Source: Bacteroidales bacterium
GTDB taxonomy: Bacteria; Bacteroidota; Bacteroidia; Bacteroidales; UBA4181
Assembly (NCBI GenBank): GCA_031287245.1
Contig: JAITTD010000172.1
Coordinates: 1-32,838 of the forward strand
DNA length: 32,838 nucleotides
Direction of reading: 5' to 3'
Positions 25,174 to 32,838 of the stretch are shown in pieces (the first letter of the stretch is position 1; the number at the start of each line of letters is the position of its first letter). The notes under the pieces were generated by a model. The model did no database searches, was not told the origin of the DNA, and saw only the letters and a list, made by a program, of their open reading frames with translations. Made by a program: the position numbers and the translations under genes.

Positions 25174-27555
25174 TTATTTTTTTAAAAACGGATAACAGGT
25201 AAACGTTTCGTCGTCAATGGCATAATAGGGTGCGTATTCAAAGGTTTTCCCTTCGCTGCTAACGGTGAAATGAAGCGGCTTCCCGGCTGCGGGTTTCAAC
25301 TTTGCAAGCAATTCTGCCGACGAAAGCGGAATGTTCAGTATGCCGTTATTGACGGAAGGATCGACCACAGCCATCAAAAGCGGACCATATTCCAGCGCGT
25401 ATGCTTCTTTGCCTTGAAAATCGGGGTCTGTGCCGTTGTACTTGGTCAGACGGAAGCCTGCCGGAAGCGTAAACGAAATTTCGTCTTTGTTATTCCATTT
25501 GCGGCTGAGGGCAACATAACTGCCGGGGGTTCCGGAAGCCACCTTTTTGCCGTTTACCAAAATATCCATTGATGAAACAGCCCACGAAGGCACGCGAATG
25601 TATATCTTGCTTTGAGCGCTTCCTTTGAGTTTCAAATGCAACTTTACCTCTTGTGACAGCGGAAAATCGCTGTGCTGGTGCAGAGAAAGCGTTTTTCCGT
25701 TCTGTTGCCACTGGATGGTGGATTCGTTGTACAAATCTACATACAAGCCGTCGTCGGAAATTTTGTAGATAAATTCCGGCAACATGCCAAAGAAACGGGT
25801 GCCCTGTCCTTCGCAACAGGTGCCCGTATTACCGGCGCCCCCTTTTTTACCGATAAGGCAGGTATGATAACGGATGTTACCGTTTTTTGCCTGATTGGCG
25901 ATTCCCATATTATAGATGCTCTTTTCTATTTCTGCCACATATTTCTCGCCTTCGGGATAGAGTATGCGCAATTGCTGGTTGAAAGCAGCCCAGAATACAT
26001 TGCCGCAGGTTTCGCCGGTGTGTGAGCGAAGCAGGTAGGATTTGGGCGGGAACTGTTTGGGCGGGAAGGTGTAGGATTCAATCAAACTGATGGTGCCGCC
26101 GGTGTGCATGAAATAATCATAAAACAAATCCCAGGCGCCGAGCATCGGCTTCAAATAGCGTTCCTGATCGCCCGTAGCCATATATATGTCCATATAGGCG
26201 TTGAGCACGATGATGAGGTAACTGTGAACGCGCTCGTACTGATACAGCCAAAGCGCGTCAGGGTCGCGGGCTGCAAGCTGGTCGAGCCAGAAGTTTAACT
26301 GGAAATAACGCTGCAGCACCTGTATGTCTGCGGGTACGCCCACGTTGGTGTCCATGTAGGTGCGCGAACTTGCCACCATACCCTGATTGCCGATAGGAAC
26401 ACGGAATTGCATTTCCGGCAGATATGGCGATGAGTTAAACCAGTCGCAGCCCTTCCTCAGCAGGTCCCATGCTTTCTGGTTTCCTGCCGCACCTGCCTCT
26501 ACCAAGCCCTGCGACAGCCATCCGCGAGCATAACTGTTGTTTTGTCCCTGCAAGATGGTACGTTCGGCATAACCGTAAATAAAACCATTGGGAGCGGCAC
26601 ATTCCTCAATGATATCAACTAATTGATTTAAGCGTTGGCGCAACTCTTTGTTGTTCTCCCAGCGCAGTGCATTGCCTGCCCCCATGAGGTATCGTCCGGC
26701 TATGGAACCGCCCAAACCATTTACAAACCAACTTTTTTTGCCAAATTCACGGTCATAGACGCCGGGGTCTTTGCCGGCGCGTTCGCGGATAGGATACGCC
26801 ATGTCGTTTACGCTAAAAGAGGTCAGCAGGTAGTTGTTATTCCGGTCGAATGTCTGTTTGAACAGTCCACCGACTGTGACTCCGCTACGGGGCGTTTGCA
26901 AGGGCGCTTTTACGGCTTTCCATGTTTCGGGTGCTGTCACCTGTTCGGGATGGTCAAACTGTACGCTTTCGCCTGCCGGACGTTGCGGACGCAGCAGCAC
27001 GTGTTTGCCCAAAAATCCTTGCTCCGAATCCGAAAGCAGTTTCCCTTCGGCTACATCCTTGCCTCCGGAAATGACTTCAAACCGCCAAAGTTCAAATATA
27101 TCCGGTTTGATAACGGTAAGCCTTACATAACGCGCTGATAGCGGTTTGTCAGGTTTGTATGTCTCAATCTTTAAAGGGATAGCCTCCACGTAATCGGTAG
27201 TCGTTTGGTCAACCACCATTGTTGGATGGGTCATATCCGCATTGTTGGCGGCTTCGATACGGAAGCGGATGGGGAAATTGTGATTGAAGGCGCCGGGCCA
27301 CGCTTTGTCCTGAAAATAAGGATACAGTTTCACGGCTTCGACAGGAAACGGTTGTCCGAGGTCAATCTGTACCCAATTCGGCGCATTGTGCGCAGAAGGA
27401 ACAGAAATATACGGAATGGCAGTGCCGACGGACATAGCAACCCGTTCAATACCCATTGGACCTCCGTCGAGGTCTGCCACTTGGGCGGTTGTCGTTGCTG
27501 CCGACAACATAAAGCCAATTGCGGCGGCCAAGTTCATTTTTACGTTCATACGCAT
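25174..27555 (-). CDS. Secreted F5/8-type-C (discoidin/CBM32-like) domain plus GH127/GH146-like (DUF1680) beta-L-arabinofuranosidase-family protein
   Basis: Signal peptide MNLAAAIGFMLSAATTTAQ. WVQIDLGQPFPVEAVKLYP and ARYVRLTV resemble a discoidin domain. GETCGNVFW and GTCCEGQG, 63 residues apart, match the E-x-C and C-C zinc/nucleophile motifs of GH127. Confidence 0.75.
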   Translation of the reverse strand: MRMNVKMNLAAAIGFMLSAATTTAQVADLDGGPMGIERVAMSVGTAIPYISVPSAHNAPNWVQIDLGQPFPVEAVKLYPYFQDKAWPGAFNHNFPIRFRIEAANNADMTHPTMVVDQTTTDYVEAIPLKIETYKPDKPLSARYVRLTVIKPDIFELWRFEVISGGKDVAEGKLLSDSEQGFLGKHVLLRPQRPAGESVQFDHPEQVTAPETWKAVKAPLQTPRSGVTVGGLFKQTFDRNNNYLLTSFSVNDMAYPIRERAGKDPGVYDREFGKKSWFVNGLGGSIAGRYLMGAGNALRWENNKELRQRLNQLVDIIEECAAPNGFIYGYAERTILQGQNNSYARGWLSQGLVEAGAAGNQKAWDLLRKGCDWFNSSPYLPEMQFRVPIGNQGMVASSRTYMDTNVGVPADIQVLQRYFQLNFWLDQLAARDPDALWLYQYERVHSYLIIVLNAYMDIYMATGDQERYLKPMLGAWDLFYDYFMHTGGTISLIESYTFPPKQFPPKSYLLRSHTGETCGNVFWAAFNQQLRILYPEGEKYVAEIEKSIYNMGIANQAKNGNIRYHTCLIGKKGGAGNTGTCCEGQGTRFFGMLPEFIYKISDDGLYVDLYNESTIQWQQNGKTLSLHQHSDFPLSQEVKLHLKLKGSAQSKIYIRVPSWAVSSMDILVNGKKVASGTPGSYVALSRKWNNKDEISFTLPAGFRLTKYNGTDPDFQGKEAYALEYGPLLMAVVDPSVNNGILNIPLSSAELLAKLKPAAGKPLHFTVSSEGKTFEYAPYYAIDDETFTCYPFLKK

Positions 27556-27566
27556 TTTACATAAAA

Positions 27567-28706
27567 TTAAAGGTTTGATATCCTGAATTCGACGCGACGA
27601 TTTTGGTCGCGACCTTCTTTGGTTTCGTTATCGGCTATCGGTTGCGTACTGCCTGCGCCTTTGTATTGTACACGCTCTTTTTCTATACCGTTGTCGGTCA
27701 GATAGTCTGTCACCGCTTTTGCTCTCTCTACGGAAAGGGGCTGATTGCGGGTTTCGTTGCCCGAATTGTCTGTATGTCCGGTTATCGTAACGCGATAATT
27801 CGGATGTGTTTGCAAATAGTTGACTAATTTGTCCAATTCAAAATACGATTCCGGCAGCAGTGCGCTCAAATCAAAGTCAAAATAAACATGGTCAAGTATG
27901 TAAAGTTTTTCCGGTTCGGGAGCCCATCTGACACTGTATGGCACCACAGACACATCGTCCACAAAATAATATCCCAACACCTTTTCGATGCTCCGGTAAT
28001 TCTTTTTCAGAGCACGGTTGGGGCGAATATAATGCACCAAACTGTCGTGGAAAGAGTAAAAACCGCCGATGGCAATATACTGTTCGCCCCCCTTCGCAGT
28101 GTAAAAACCGGTAACAGGCATCCAGTTGACAGTATCGATGAGGTATCTTTCGCGGGGATTGTGTACTTGCGGAGGTTCATTCAGAAGAAAGCCGGCAATT
28201 TGCATTCGGTTGTCGTTTTCAACACGCACGGAAGAATTGGAAAAATACATCCCGAAATAGCGGGTTCCTACATTGCTCGAATCGGAAAGATTCACATAAA
28301 ACTCAACCTGATAAATGGAATCTTTGTCAAGCGGACGGATGAGTTTCACAGCCAAAGCCTCATAACAAAAGGACACTCCGGCATAAGCATCGCCGGTTCG
28401 TGCATCCTGATGCCCAAACATATTGTTCGGCACACTGAAATTTTGAATGAACTCCAGCGGAAATCGGGCTTGGTATTCGGGTGTTTGGTAAATATTGGCA
28501 CAACGGTGAAAATAGTCAGCCGAGAAATTGGGAAATAAGTTCCACGCCACCACGCCGCCAATGTAGTCAGCATCTTTGGGACAGGCACGTGTTTGTTCAA
28601 AACTGGGATTGGGTACCAGATTTTCCCCTGTGACTACGTAATTCTGCCCATATCCCGCAACAAAAGGGATGAGCAAAAATACCATTTTGTGTAAGGCTTG
28701 CTTCAT
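27567..28706 (-). CDS. OmpA-family protein (uncharacterised N-terminal domain plus C-terminal OmpA/MotB peptidoglycan-binding domain)
   Basis: The C-terminal YFDFDLSALLPESYFELDKLVNYL...ITGHTDNSGNETRNQPLSVERAKAV...NRRVEFRI is the OmpA-like domain. The ATG at 28706 gives the signal MKQALHKMVFLLIPFVAGYGQ and removes the overlap with larC. The NLVPNPSFE motif is common in Bacteroidota OmpA-family proteins. Confidence 0.8.
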   Translation of the reverse strand: MKQALHKMVFLLIPFVAGYGQNYVVTGENLVPNPSFEQTRACPKDADYIGGVVAWNLFPNFSADYFHRCANIYQTPEYQARFPLEFIQNFSVPNNMFGHQDARTGDAYAGVSFCYEALAVKLIRPLDKDSIYQVEFYVNLSDSSNVGTRYFGMYFSNSSVRVENDNRMQIAGFLLNEPPQVHNPRERYLIDTVNWMPVTGFYTAKGGEQYIAIGGFYSFHDSLVHYIRPNRALKKNYRSIEKVLGYYFVDDVSVVPYSVRWAPEPEKLYILDHVYFDFDLSALLPESYFELDKLVNYLQTHPNYRVTITGHTDNSGNETRNQPLSVERAKAVTDYLTDNGIEKERVQYKGAGSTQPIADNETKEGRDQNRRVEFRISNL

Positions 28707-28734
28707 GCCGGTATAAAGTAAATACAGAGATAGA

Positions 28735-29955
28735 TTATTCATCTGTTTTGATGCGATTTTGAATGAATTGACAGACATGTTCCAATTCGATGCCGTTTGC
28801 TCTTGCGATGGCTTCACAATCATCGTACTCCGCCTTGCATTTCAACTCTTTCCCGTTCATAAATGCCTTTTTCACCCGTACTGTGCCCCAAGGTGTATCC
28901 AAAGTTTCGATGTTGCGGTCAAGCATTTTCTTCTGTACAGAATGGCTTCGCAATCCCAGTGTGGTGGTTTCGGTGAACAGAATGTTCTCCATCTCAGGCG
29001 TTTTGTCGGGCGAACAGAGCACAGACAACAGGACAGCGGGGCGGCTCTTTTTCATAATGATATTTTGCAGAAACACGTCATCGGCGCCGGCAGCAAAGAG
29101 TTTTTGCATAACGAAAGGGTAGTGTTCCGGATTCATGTCGTCAATATTACACTCCAAGATGACCGCTTCTACCGTGGTGACGGACATTTTCCGGTCGCCG
29201 GTTGTGCCGAGACACACGCGCAGCACATTGGGAATATCCCCTGTATCGCGATGCCCGATGCCATAACCGGTCTTGGTGACGGTAAAGGCTGCGGTTTCGG
29301 TAAATTCATCTGCCAAAGCCGCCAAAATAGCCACACCTGTGGGGGTAGCGGCTTCAAAAGGCACAGCGCCGAACTTCATCGGTTTGTTCTGCATGATTTC
29401 GAGCGTGGCAGGCGCCGGAACGGGAAAAACACCATGGGCGCAATGTACAAAGCCACCGCCCATCTCAACCGGCGATGCAATAATGCGGTCGGGTTTCAGG
29501 TAATCAATGCAGATAGCCGCACCCACAATATCAACGATAGAATCAACAGCGCCCACTTCGTGAAAATGCACCTCATCAAGGGGCTTCCCGTGTATTTTGG
29601 CTTCGGCTTGCGCCACTAATCGAAAAATATCCTTGCTCATGCCTTTCACCTTGTCCGATAGTTGGCTGTGGTTGATAATATGTTCAATATCATGCAAATT
29701 GCGATGCTCATGATGATGGAGGTCGGCGTGTTCAGCAGTCTCGTGGTGATGATGTTCGTGTTCCAGCAGCACATTCACCTGTGTGCCGGTGATGCCTCTG
29801 CGCTGTGCTTCCGAAAACTGAATTTCGTAGCCGCTAACATTCAATTTTTGCAGTTCTTTTGTAAGATAATCGGTTGGAACACCAATATTGATAAGGGCTG
29901 CCAGATTCATATCTCCACTGATGCCTGCAAAACAATCGTAAAATAAAATTTTCAT
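28735..29955 (-). CDS. larC: Nickel-pincer cofactor biosynthesis / nickel insertion protein LarC (DUF111)
   Basis: N-terminus MKILFYDCFAGISGDMNLAAL and the His-rich tract EHEHHHHETAEHADLHHHEH. ATG verified at 29955. A TAATTTTG -7 box (plus 29982-29989) lies 27 nt upstream. Confidence 0.85.
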   Translation of the reverse strand: MKILFYDCFAGISGDMNLAALINIGVPTDYLTKELQKLNVSGYEIQFSEAQRRGITGTQVNVLLEHEHHHHETAEHADLHHHEHRNLHDIEHIINHSQLSDKVKGMSKDIFRLVAQAEAKIHGKPLDEVHFHEVGAVDSIVDIVGAAICIDYLKPDRIIASPVEMGGGFVHCAHGVFPVPAPATLEIMQNKPMKFGAVPFEAATPTGVAILAALADEFTETAAFTVTKTGYGIGHRDTGDIPNVLRVCLGTTGDRKMSVTTVEAVILECNIDDMNPEHYPFVMQKLFAAGADDVFLQNIIMKKSRPAVLLSVLCSPDKTPEMENILFTETTTLGLRSHSVQKKMLDRNIETLDTPWGTVRVKKAFMNGKELKCKAEYDDCEAIARANGIELEHVCQFIQNRIKTDE

Positions 29956-30072
29956 AGCGAAATCATCACATAAATGCAGGACAAAATTACACCTTTTTTT
30001 TGATTCATCGATTATTTTTTTTGACGACCTGCGAAAAAAATAAAAAAGCATTGCAGATTAAAAAAAATGATT

Positions 30073-30080
30073 TACCTTTG
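30073..30080 (+). promoter_or_regulatory. Candidate -7 box TACCTTTG for rpsO
   Basis: Matches TAnnTTTG, 47 nt upstream of the ATG at 30127. Confidence 0.4.
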
Positions 30081-30126
30081 CGCGGCATAATATAAAGAAG
30101 TAGAATCATTTAAATTATTGGTAATA

Positions 30127-30396
30127 ATGTATTTAACGGCTGAAAAGAAGCAAGAGATTTTCACACAGTATGGCAAAGAAGTTGCCAACACCGGTTCATC
30201 CGAATCGCAGGTAGCGTTATTTTCATATCGCATCGCCCATTTGACGGAACATTTAAAAGGGAACCGCAATGATTATGGAACGCAAAAGGCGTTGTTGAAA
30301 CTGGTAGGCAAACGCAGACGGTTGCTTGATTATCTGAAAGAGACAGATATCAATCGCTACCGCGAAATCATTAAAGAACTAAACATACGTAAGTAA
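30127..30396 (+). CDS. rpsO: 30S ribosomal protein S15
   Basis: MYLTAEKKQEIFTQYGK...SQVALFSYRIAHLTEHLKGNRNDYGTQKALLKLVGKRRRLLDYL, 89 aa. The track start at 30118 is TTG; the ATG is at 30127. Confidence 0.95.
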   Translation: MYLTAEKKQEIFTQYGKEVANTGSSESQVALFSYRIAHLTEHLKGNRNDYGTQKALLKLVGKRRRLLDYLKETDINRYREIIKELNIRK

Positions 30397-30411
30397 CACA
30401 AAAGGCACTTG

Positions 30412-30437
30412 AAAGGCAATTTTCAATTGCCTTTTTT
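30412..30437 (+). terminator. rpsO terminator/attenuator hairpin in the rpsO-pnp spacer
   Basis: AAAGGCAATT (30412-30421) pairs with AATTGCCTTT (30425-30434), followed by a T run ending at 30437. The position is analogous to the structured rpsO-pnp intergenic region of other bacteria. Confidence 0.7.
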
Positions 30438-30470
30438 GTATTTGTGGATACACAATAAAAAAAACAAACA

Positions 30471-32696
30471 ATGAGTGTTATTCAAAAAGAGATACAATTG
30501 GGGAATGGCGAAACCATTGTACTCGAAACAGGCAAATTAGCCAAACAAGCCAACGGCGCAGTGTTGCTGCGGCAAGGAAGAACCATGCTGCTGGCTACGG
30601 TAGTGGCAGCAAAAGACGCCAAAGAAGATGTAGATTTCATGCCTCTTCAAGTAGAATACAAAGAAAAATACGCTGCATCAGGGCGGTTTCCGGGCGGTTT
30701 TCTCAAACGCGAAGCACGTCCGAGCGACAACGAGATACTGGTGTCGCGCTTGGTGGATCGCGCATTGCGCCCGCTGTTTCCCGACGATTATCACGCTGAG
30801 GTGTATGTCACCATCAACCTGATTTCGGCAGATAAAACGATCAAGCCGGATGCGCTGGCAGGATTGGCAGCGTCGGCAGCCATAGCGGTGTCGGACATTC
30901 CGTTTGGCGGTCCCATCTCTGAGGTGCGCGTTGCCCGCATTGACGGACAATTTGTGATTAATCCCACCTTCGAGGCTTCTGAAGCAGCCGATTTGGACAT
31001 CATGGTAGCCGCTACTTACGACAACATCATGATGGTGGAAGGCGAAATGAAAGAGGTTTCAGAAGATGATATGCTGCAAGCCCTCAAAGTAGCACACGAA
31101 GAGATAAAAAAACACTGCAAAGCACAGTTGGAACTGACAGAATTGGTTGGAAAGACAGTGAAACGTACCTATTGTCACGAAAACAACGACGAAGAACTGC
31201 GTGCAGCCGTTCGCGCCGCTACTTACGACAAGACTTATGCCGTTGCCAAGTCGCAGTTGCCCAAACACGAACGCAGCGATGCTTTTGAAGCCATTCTCAA
31301 CGAATACATTGAGAGTATTCCCGAAGAGGAACGCGATGAAAAAAAGCCGCTGGCAGCACGCTATTATCACGCAGTAGAGAAAGAGGCAATGCGCCGCATG
31401 ATTTTGGACGAGGGCATCCGCTTAGACGGACGGAAAACCACAGAGATACGCCCTATTTCCTGCGAAGTCGATTTCCTGCCTGCCGCACACGGATCGGCGC
31501 TCTTCACTCGCGGCGAAACACAATCGCTGACCACCGTTACGCTTGGCACCAAAATGGACGAGAAACAGGTGGACGAGGTGCTGAATCAAGGTTCGGAAAA
31601 ATTTGTACTCCATTATAACTTCCCGCCGTTTTCGACAGGCGAAGCCAAAGCCGCGAGAGGCATTTCCCGCCGCGAAATTGGTCACGGAAACTTGGCGTTC
31701 CGCGCTTTGAAAGGCATGGTGCCTACGGGCGAAGAAAACCCCTACGCAGTGCGCGTGGTATCAGACATTTTGGAATCCAACGGATCATCGTCTATGGCAA
31801 CCGTGTGCGCCGGCACACTGGCGCTGATGGATGCCGGAGTGAAACTGAAAAAACCGGTGTCGGGTATCGCGATGGGCTTGATTTCAGAGCCGGGTAAGTT
31901 CGCCGTACTGTCAGACATTCTCGGCGACGAAGACCACCTCGGCGATATGGACTTCAAAGTGACGGGTACCGCAGACGGCATCACCGCCACACAGATGGAT
32001 ATCAAGGTGGACGGACTTTCTTACGAGGTGTTGGCTAAGGCGCTGGCGCAGGCAAGGGACGGAAGATTGCACATACTCGGCAAAATCACCGAGACAATGG
32101 CTGCTCCGCGTGAAGACTACAAACCGCACACGCCACGCATTGTTCAAATCACGATTCCGAAAGATTGCATCGGCGCTGTCATCGGCACCGGAGGCAAGGT
32201 AATTCAGGAAATACAGGCTGTAACAGGCGCTACCATTGTGATAGAAGAAGTGGACAACAAGGGTGTTGTAGATGTTTTTGCCGAAAACCGCGATAACATT
32301 GAGGCTGCGCTGAACTGGATTAAGGCAATCATAGAAGTGCCCGAAGTGGATAAGGTATATCACGGAAAAGTGAAATCCATCGTTGCATTCGGCGCTTTTG
32401 TCGAGATACTTCCCGGAAAGGAAGGATTGCTGCACATTTCCGAAGTGGCATGGGAACGCTTGGAAAACCTCGACGGCATATTGGCTGAAGGCGACGAACT
32501 GGATGTCAAACTGATTGAGGTTGACCAAAAAACAGGCAAATTGCGCCTCTCACTTCGTGCGCTGAAAGAAAAACCGGAAGGTTATGTGGAACGCCCGCCG
32601 AGAGAACCGCGTGAAGGCGGCTACGACCGTGACCGTGGACGCGGACGGGACAGCAGAGACCGTGACCGTGGACGCGACCGCGACAGAAGACGATAA
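30471..32696 (+). CDS. pnp: Polyribonucleotide nucleotidyltransferase (PNPase) with Arg/Asp-rich C-terminal tail
   Basis: Two RNase PH domains, a KH domain ([15 protein letters not shown]) and an S1 domain ([27 protein letters not shown]). The tail is [27 protein letters not shown]. Confidence 0.97.
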   Translation: MSVIQKEIQLGNGETIVLETGKLAKQANGAVLLRQGRTMLLATVVAAKDAKEDVDFMPLQVEYKEKYAASGRFPGGFLKREARPSDNEILVSRLVDRALRPLFPDDYHAEVYVTINLISADKTIKPDALAGLAASAAIAVSDIPFGGPISEVRVARIDGQFVINPTFEASEAADLDIMVAATYDNIMMVEGEMKEVSEDDMLQALKVAHEEIKKHCKAQLELTELVGKTVKRTYCHENNDEELRAAVRAATYDKTYAVAKSQLPKHERSDAFEAILNEYIESIPEEERDEKKPLAARYYHAVEKEAMRRMILDEGIRLDGRKTTEIRPISCEVDFLPAAHGSALFTRGETQSLTTVTLGTKMDEKQVDEVLNQGSEKFVLHYNFPPFSTGEAKAARGISRREIGHGNLAFRALKGMVPTGEENPYAVRVVSDILESNGSSSMATVCAGTLALMDAGVKLKKPVSGIAMGLISEPGKFAVLSDILGDEDHLGDMDFKVTGTADGITATQMDIKVDGLSYEVLAKALAQARDGRLHILGKITETMAAPREDYKPHTPRIVQITIPKDCIGAVIGTGGKVIQEIQAVTGATIVIEEVDNKGVVDVFAENRDNIEAALNWIKAIIEVPEVDKVYHGKVKSIVAFGAFVEILPGKEGLLHISEVAWERLENLDGILAEGDELDVKLIEVDQKTGKLRLSLRALKEKPEGYVERPPREPREGGYDRDRGRGRDSRDRDRGRDRDRRR

Positions 32697-32720
32697 AATC
32701 ACGGATAAACGATAAAACGG

Positions 32721-32760
32721 ATAAACGGATGAACGGATGGTTTGTCCGTTTATTTTTTTT
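32721..32760 (+). terminator. Intrinsic terminator of pnp
   Basis: ATAAACGGA (32721-32729) pairs with TCCGTTTAT (32745-32753), followed by seven T (32754-32760). The left arm is part of a short (A/G)AACGGAT octamer repeat (32715-32738). Confidence 0.8.
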
Positions 32761-32772
32761 AGACATTAAAAC

Positions 32773-32800
32773 GTAGAGACGGTGCGCGCACCGTCTCTAC
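32773..32800. repeat. Perfect 28-bp palindrome GTAGAGACGGTGCGCGCACCGTCTCTAC (copy 2)
   Basis: Identical to 1174-1201. With the flanking AGGGC (32801-32805) it is the exact reverse complement of 1169-1201, a 33-bp match. Confidence 0.95.
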
Positions 32801-32805
32801 AGGGC

Positions 32806-32838
32806 GGCAGATAGAGTCTCTATGCATGTGCAGATAGA
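32806..32838. repeat. Start of a second array with 23-bp period and a different unit (GCAGATAGAGTCTCTATGCATGT), truncated by the window end
   Basis: GCAGATAGA occurs at 32807-32815 and again at 32830-32838, exactly 23 bp apart. Only about 1.4 units are visible, so the array is inferred rather than demonstrated. Confidence 0.45.

Noticed and set aside
28707-28823. N-terminal extensions in the ORF track for the OmpA gene (start at 28823), larC (30051), rpsO (30118), DUF5686 (24150) and the NTP-transferase (21608).
   Set aside because: Where I checked the codons (30118, 24150, 21608), the extension begins at a TTG. For the OmpA (28823) and larC (30051) track starts I did not read the start codon. 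The OmpA and NTP-transferase extensions overlap the upstream gene, and the larC extension runs into the divergent rpsO promoter region. In each case an internal ATG lies directly at the conserved family N-terminus or signal peptide.
28735-29955. larC as part of a nickel-pincer-dependent sugar racemase/epimerase system linked to the glycan genes.
   Set aside because: No larA, larB or larE homolog is present in the window. Adjacency to the OmpA and GH127-like genes alone does not support a functional link.
32715-32738. Octamer repeat (A/G)AACGGAT, three copies, after the pnp stop.
   Set aside because: It forms the left arm and loop of the pnp intrinsic terminator and is adequately explained by that structure.
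1174-32800. The two inverted palindrome elements as termini of a transposon or genomic island.
   Set aside because: The interior contains core housekeeping genes (rpsO, pnp) and no transposase, integrase or tRNA attachment site. The identity is only 33 bp, and no target-site duplication is evident.

Overview
This is a 32.8 kb chromosomal segment of Bacteroidota type. Supporting evidence: TAnnTTTG -7 boxes 25-50 nt upstream of several starts, no Shine-Dalgarno sequences, lipoprotein and Sec/TAT signals on the glycosidases, and a DUF5686-type outer-membrane protein. I found no rRNA, tRNA, CRISPR array, transposase or integrase.

Gene content, left to right:
(i) The 5' part of a secreted DUF11-like surface protein on the minus strand, open at the left edge.
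(ii) A plus-strand glycan cluster: TAT-exported Gfo/Idh/MocA oxidoreductase, GH51 arabinofuranosidase, ROK kinase, GH3-PA14 beta-glucosidase and an AraC regulator.
(iii) A 21 kb run of 14 co-directional minus-strand genes. Its promoter-distal part is an 8-gene unit: AKR, secreted isochorismatase-ThuA fusion, TAT-Gfo, signal-less Gfo paralog, GH78 rhamnosidase, Zn-ADH, cytoplasmic Gfo and a FucP-like MFS. Upstream of that unit are larC, an OmpA-family protein, a discoidin-GH127-like protein, an ATP-grasp protein, DUF5686 and an NTP-transferase.
(iv) Housekeeping rpsO-pnp on the plus strand.

The supplied ORF track accepts GTG/TTG starts, so several N-termini are over-extended. I re-set them to the internal ATG where the sequence supports that.

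Most interesting observations:
(a) A periplasmic redox module (three paralogous Gfo/Idh/MocA proteins, one lacking its own signal, plus the ThuA-isochorismatase fusion) embedded among glycosidases with no SusC/SusD. It looks like an oxidative (3-keto type) glycoside-processing locus in a non-canonical configuration.
(b) A composite non-coding element made of a perfect 28-bp palindrome plus a 23-bp tandem array. It is present at both ends of the window in inverted orientation.
(c) Two sets of direct repeats phased at 21 bp in promoter regions.

All family calls rest on motif recognition by eye; no database search was possible.
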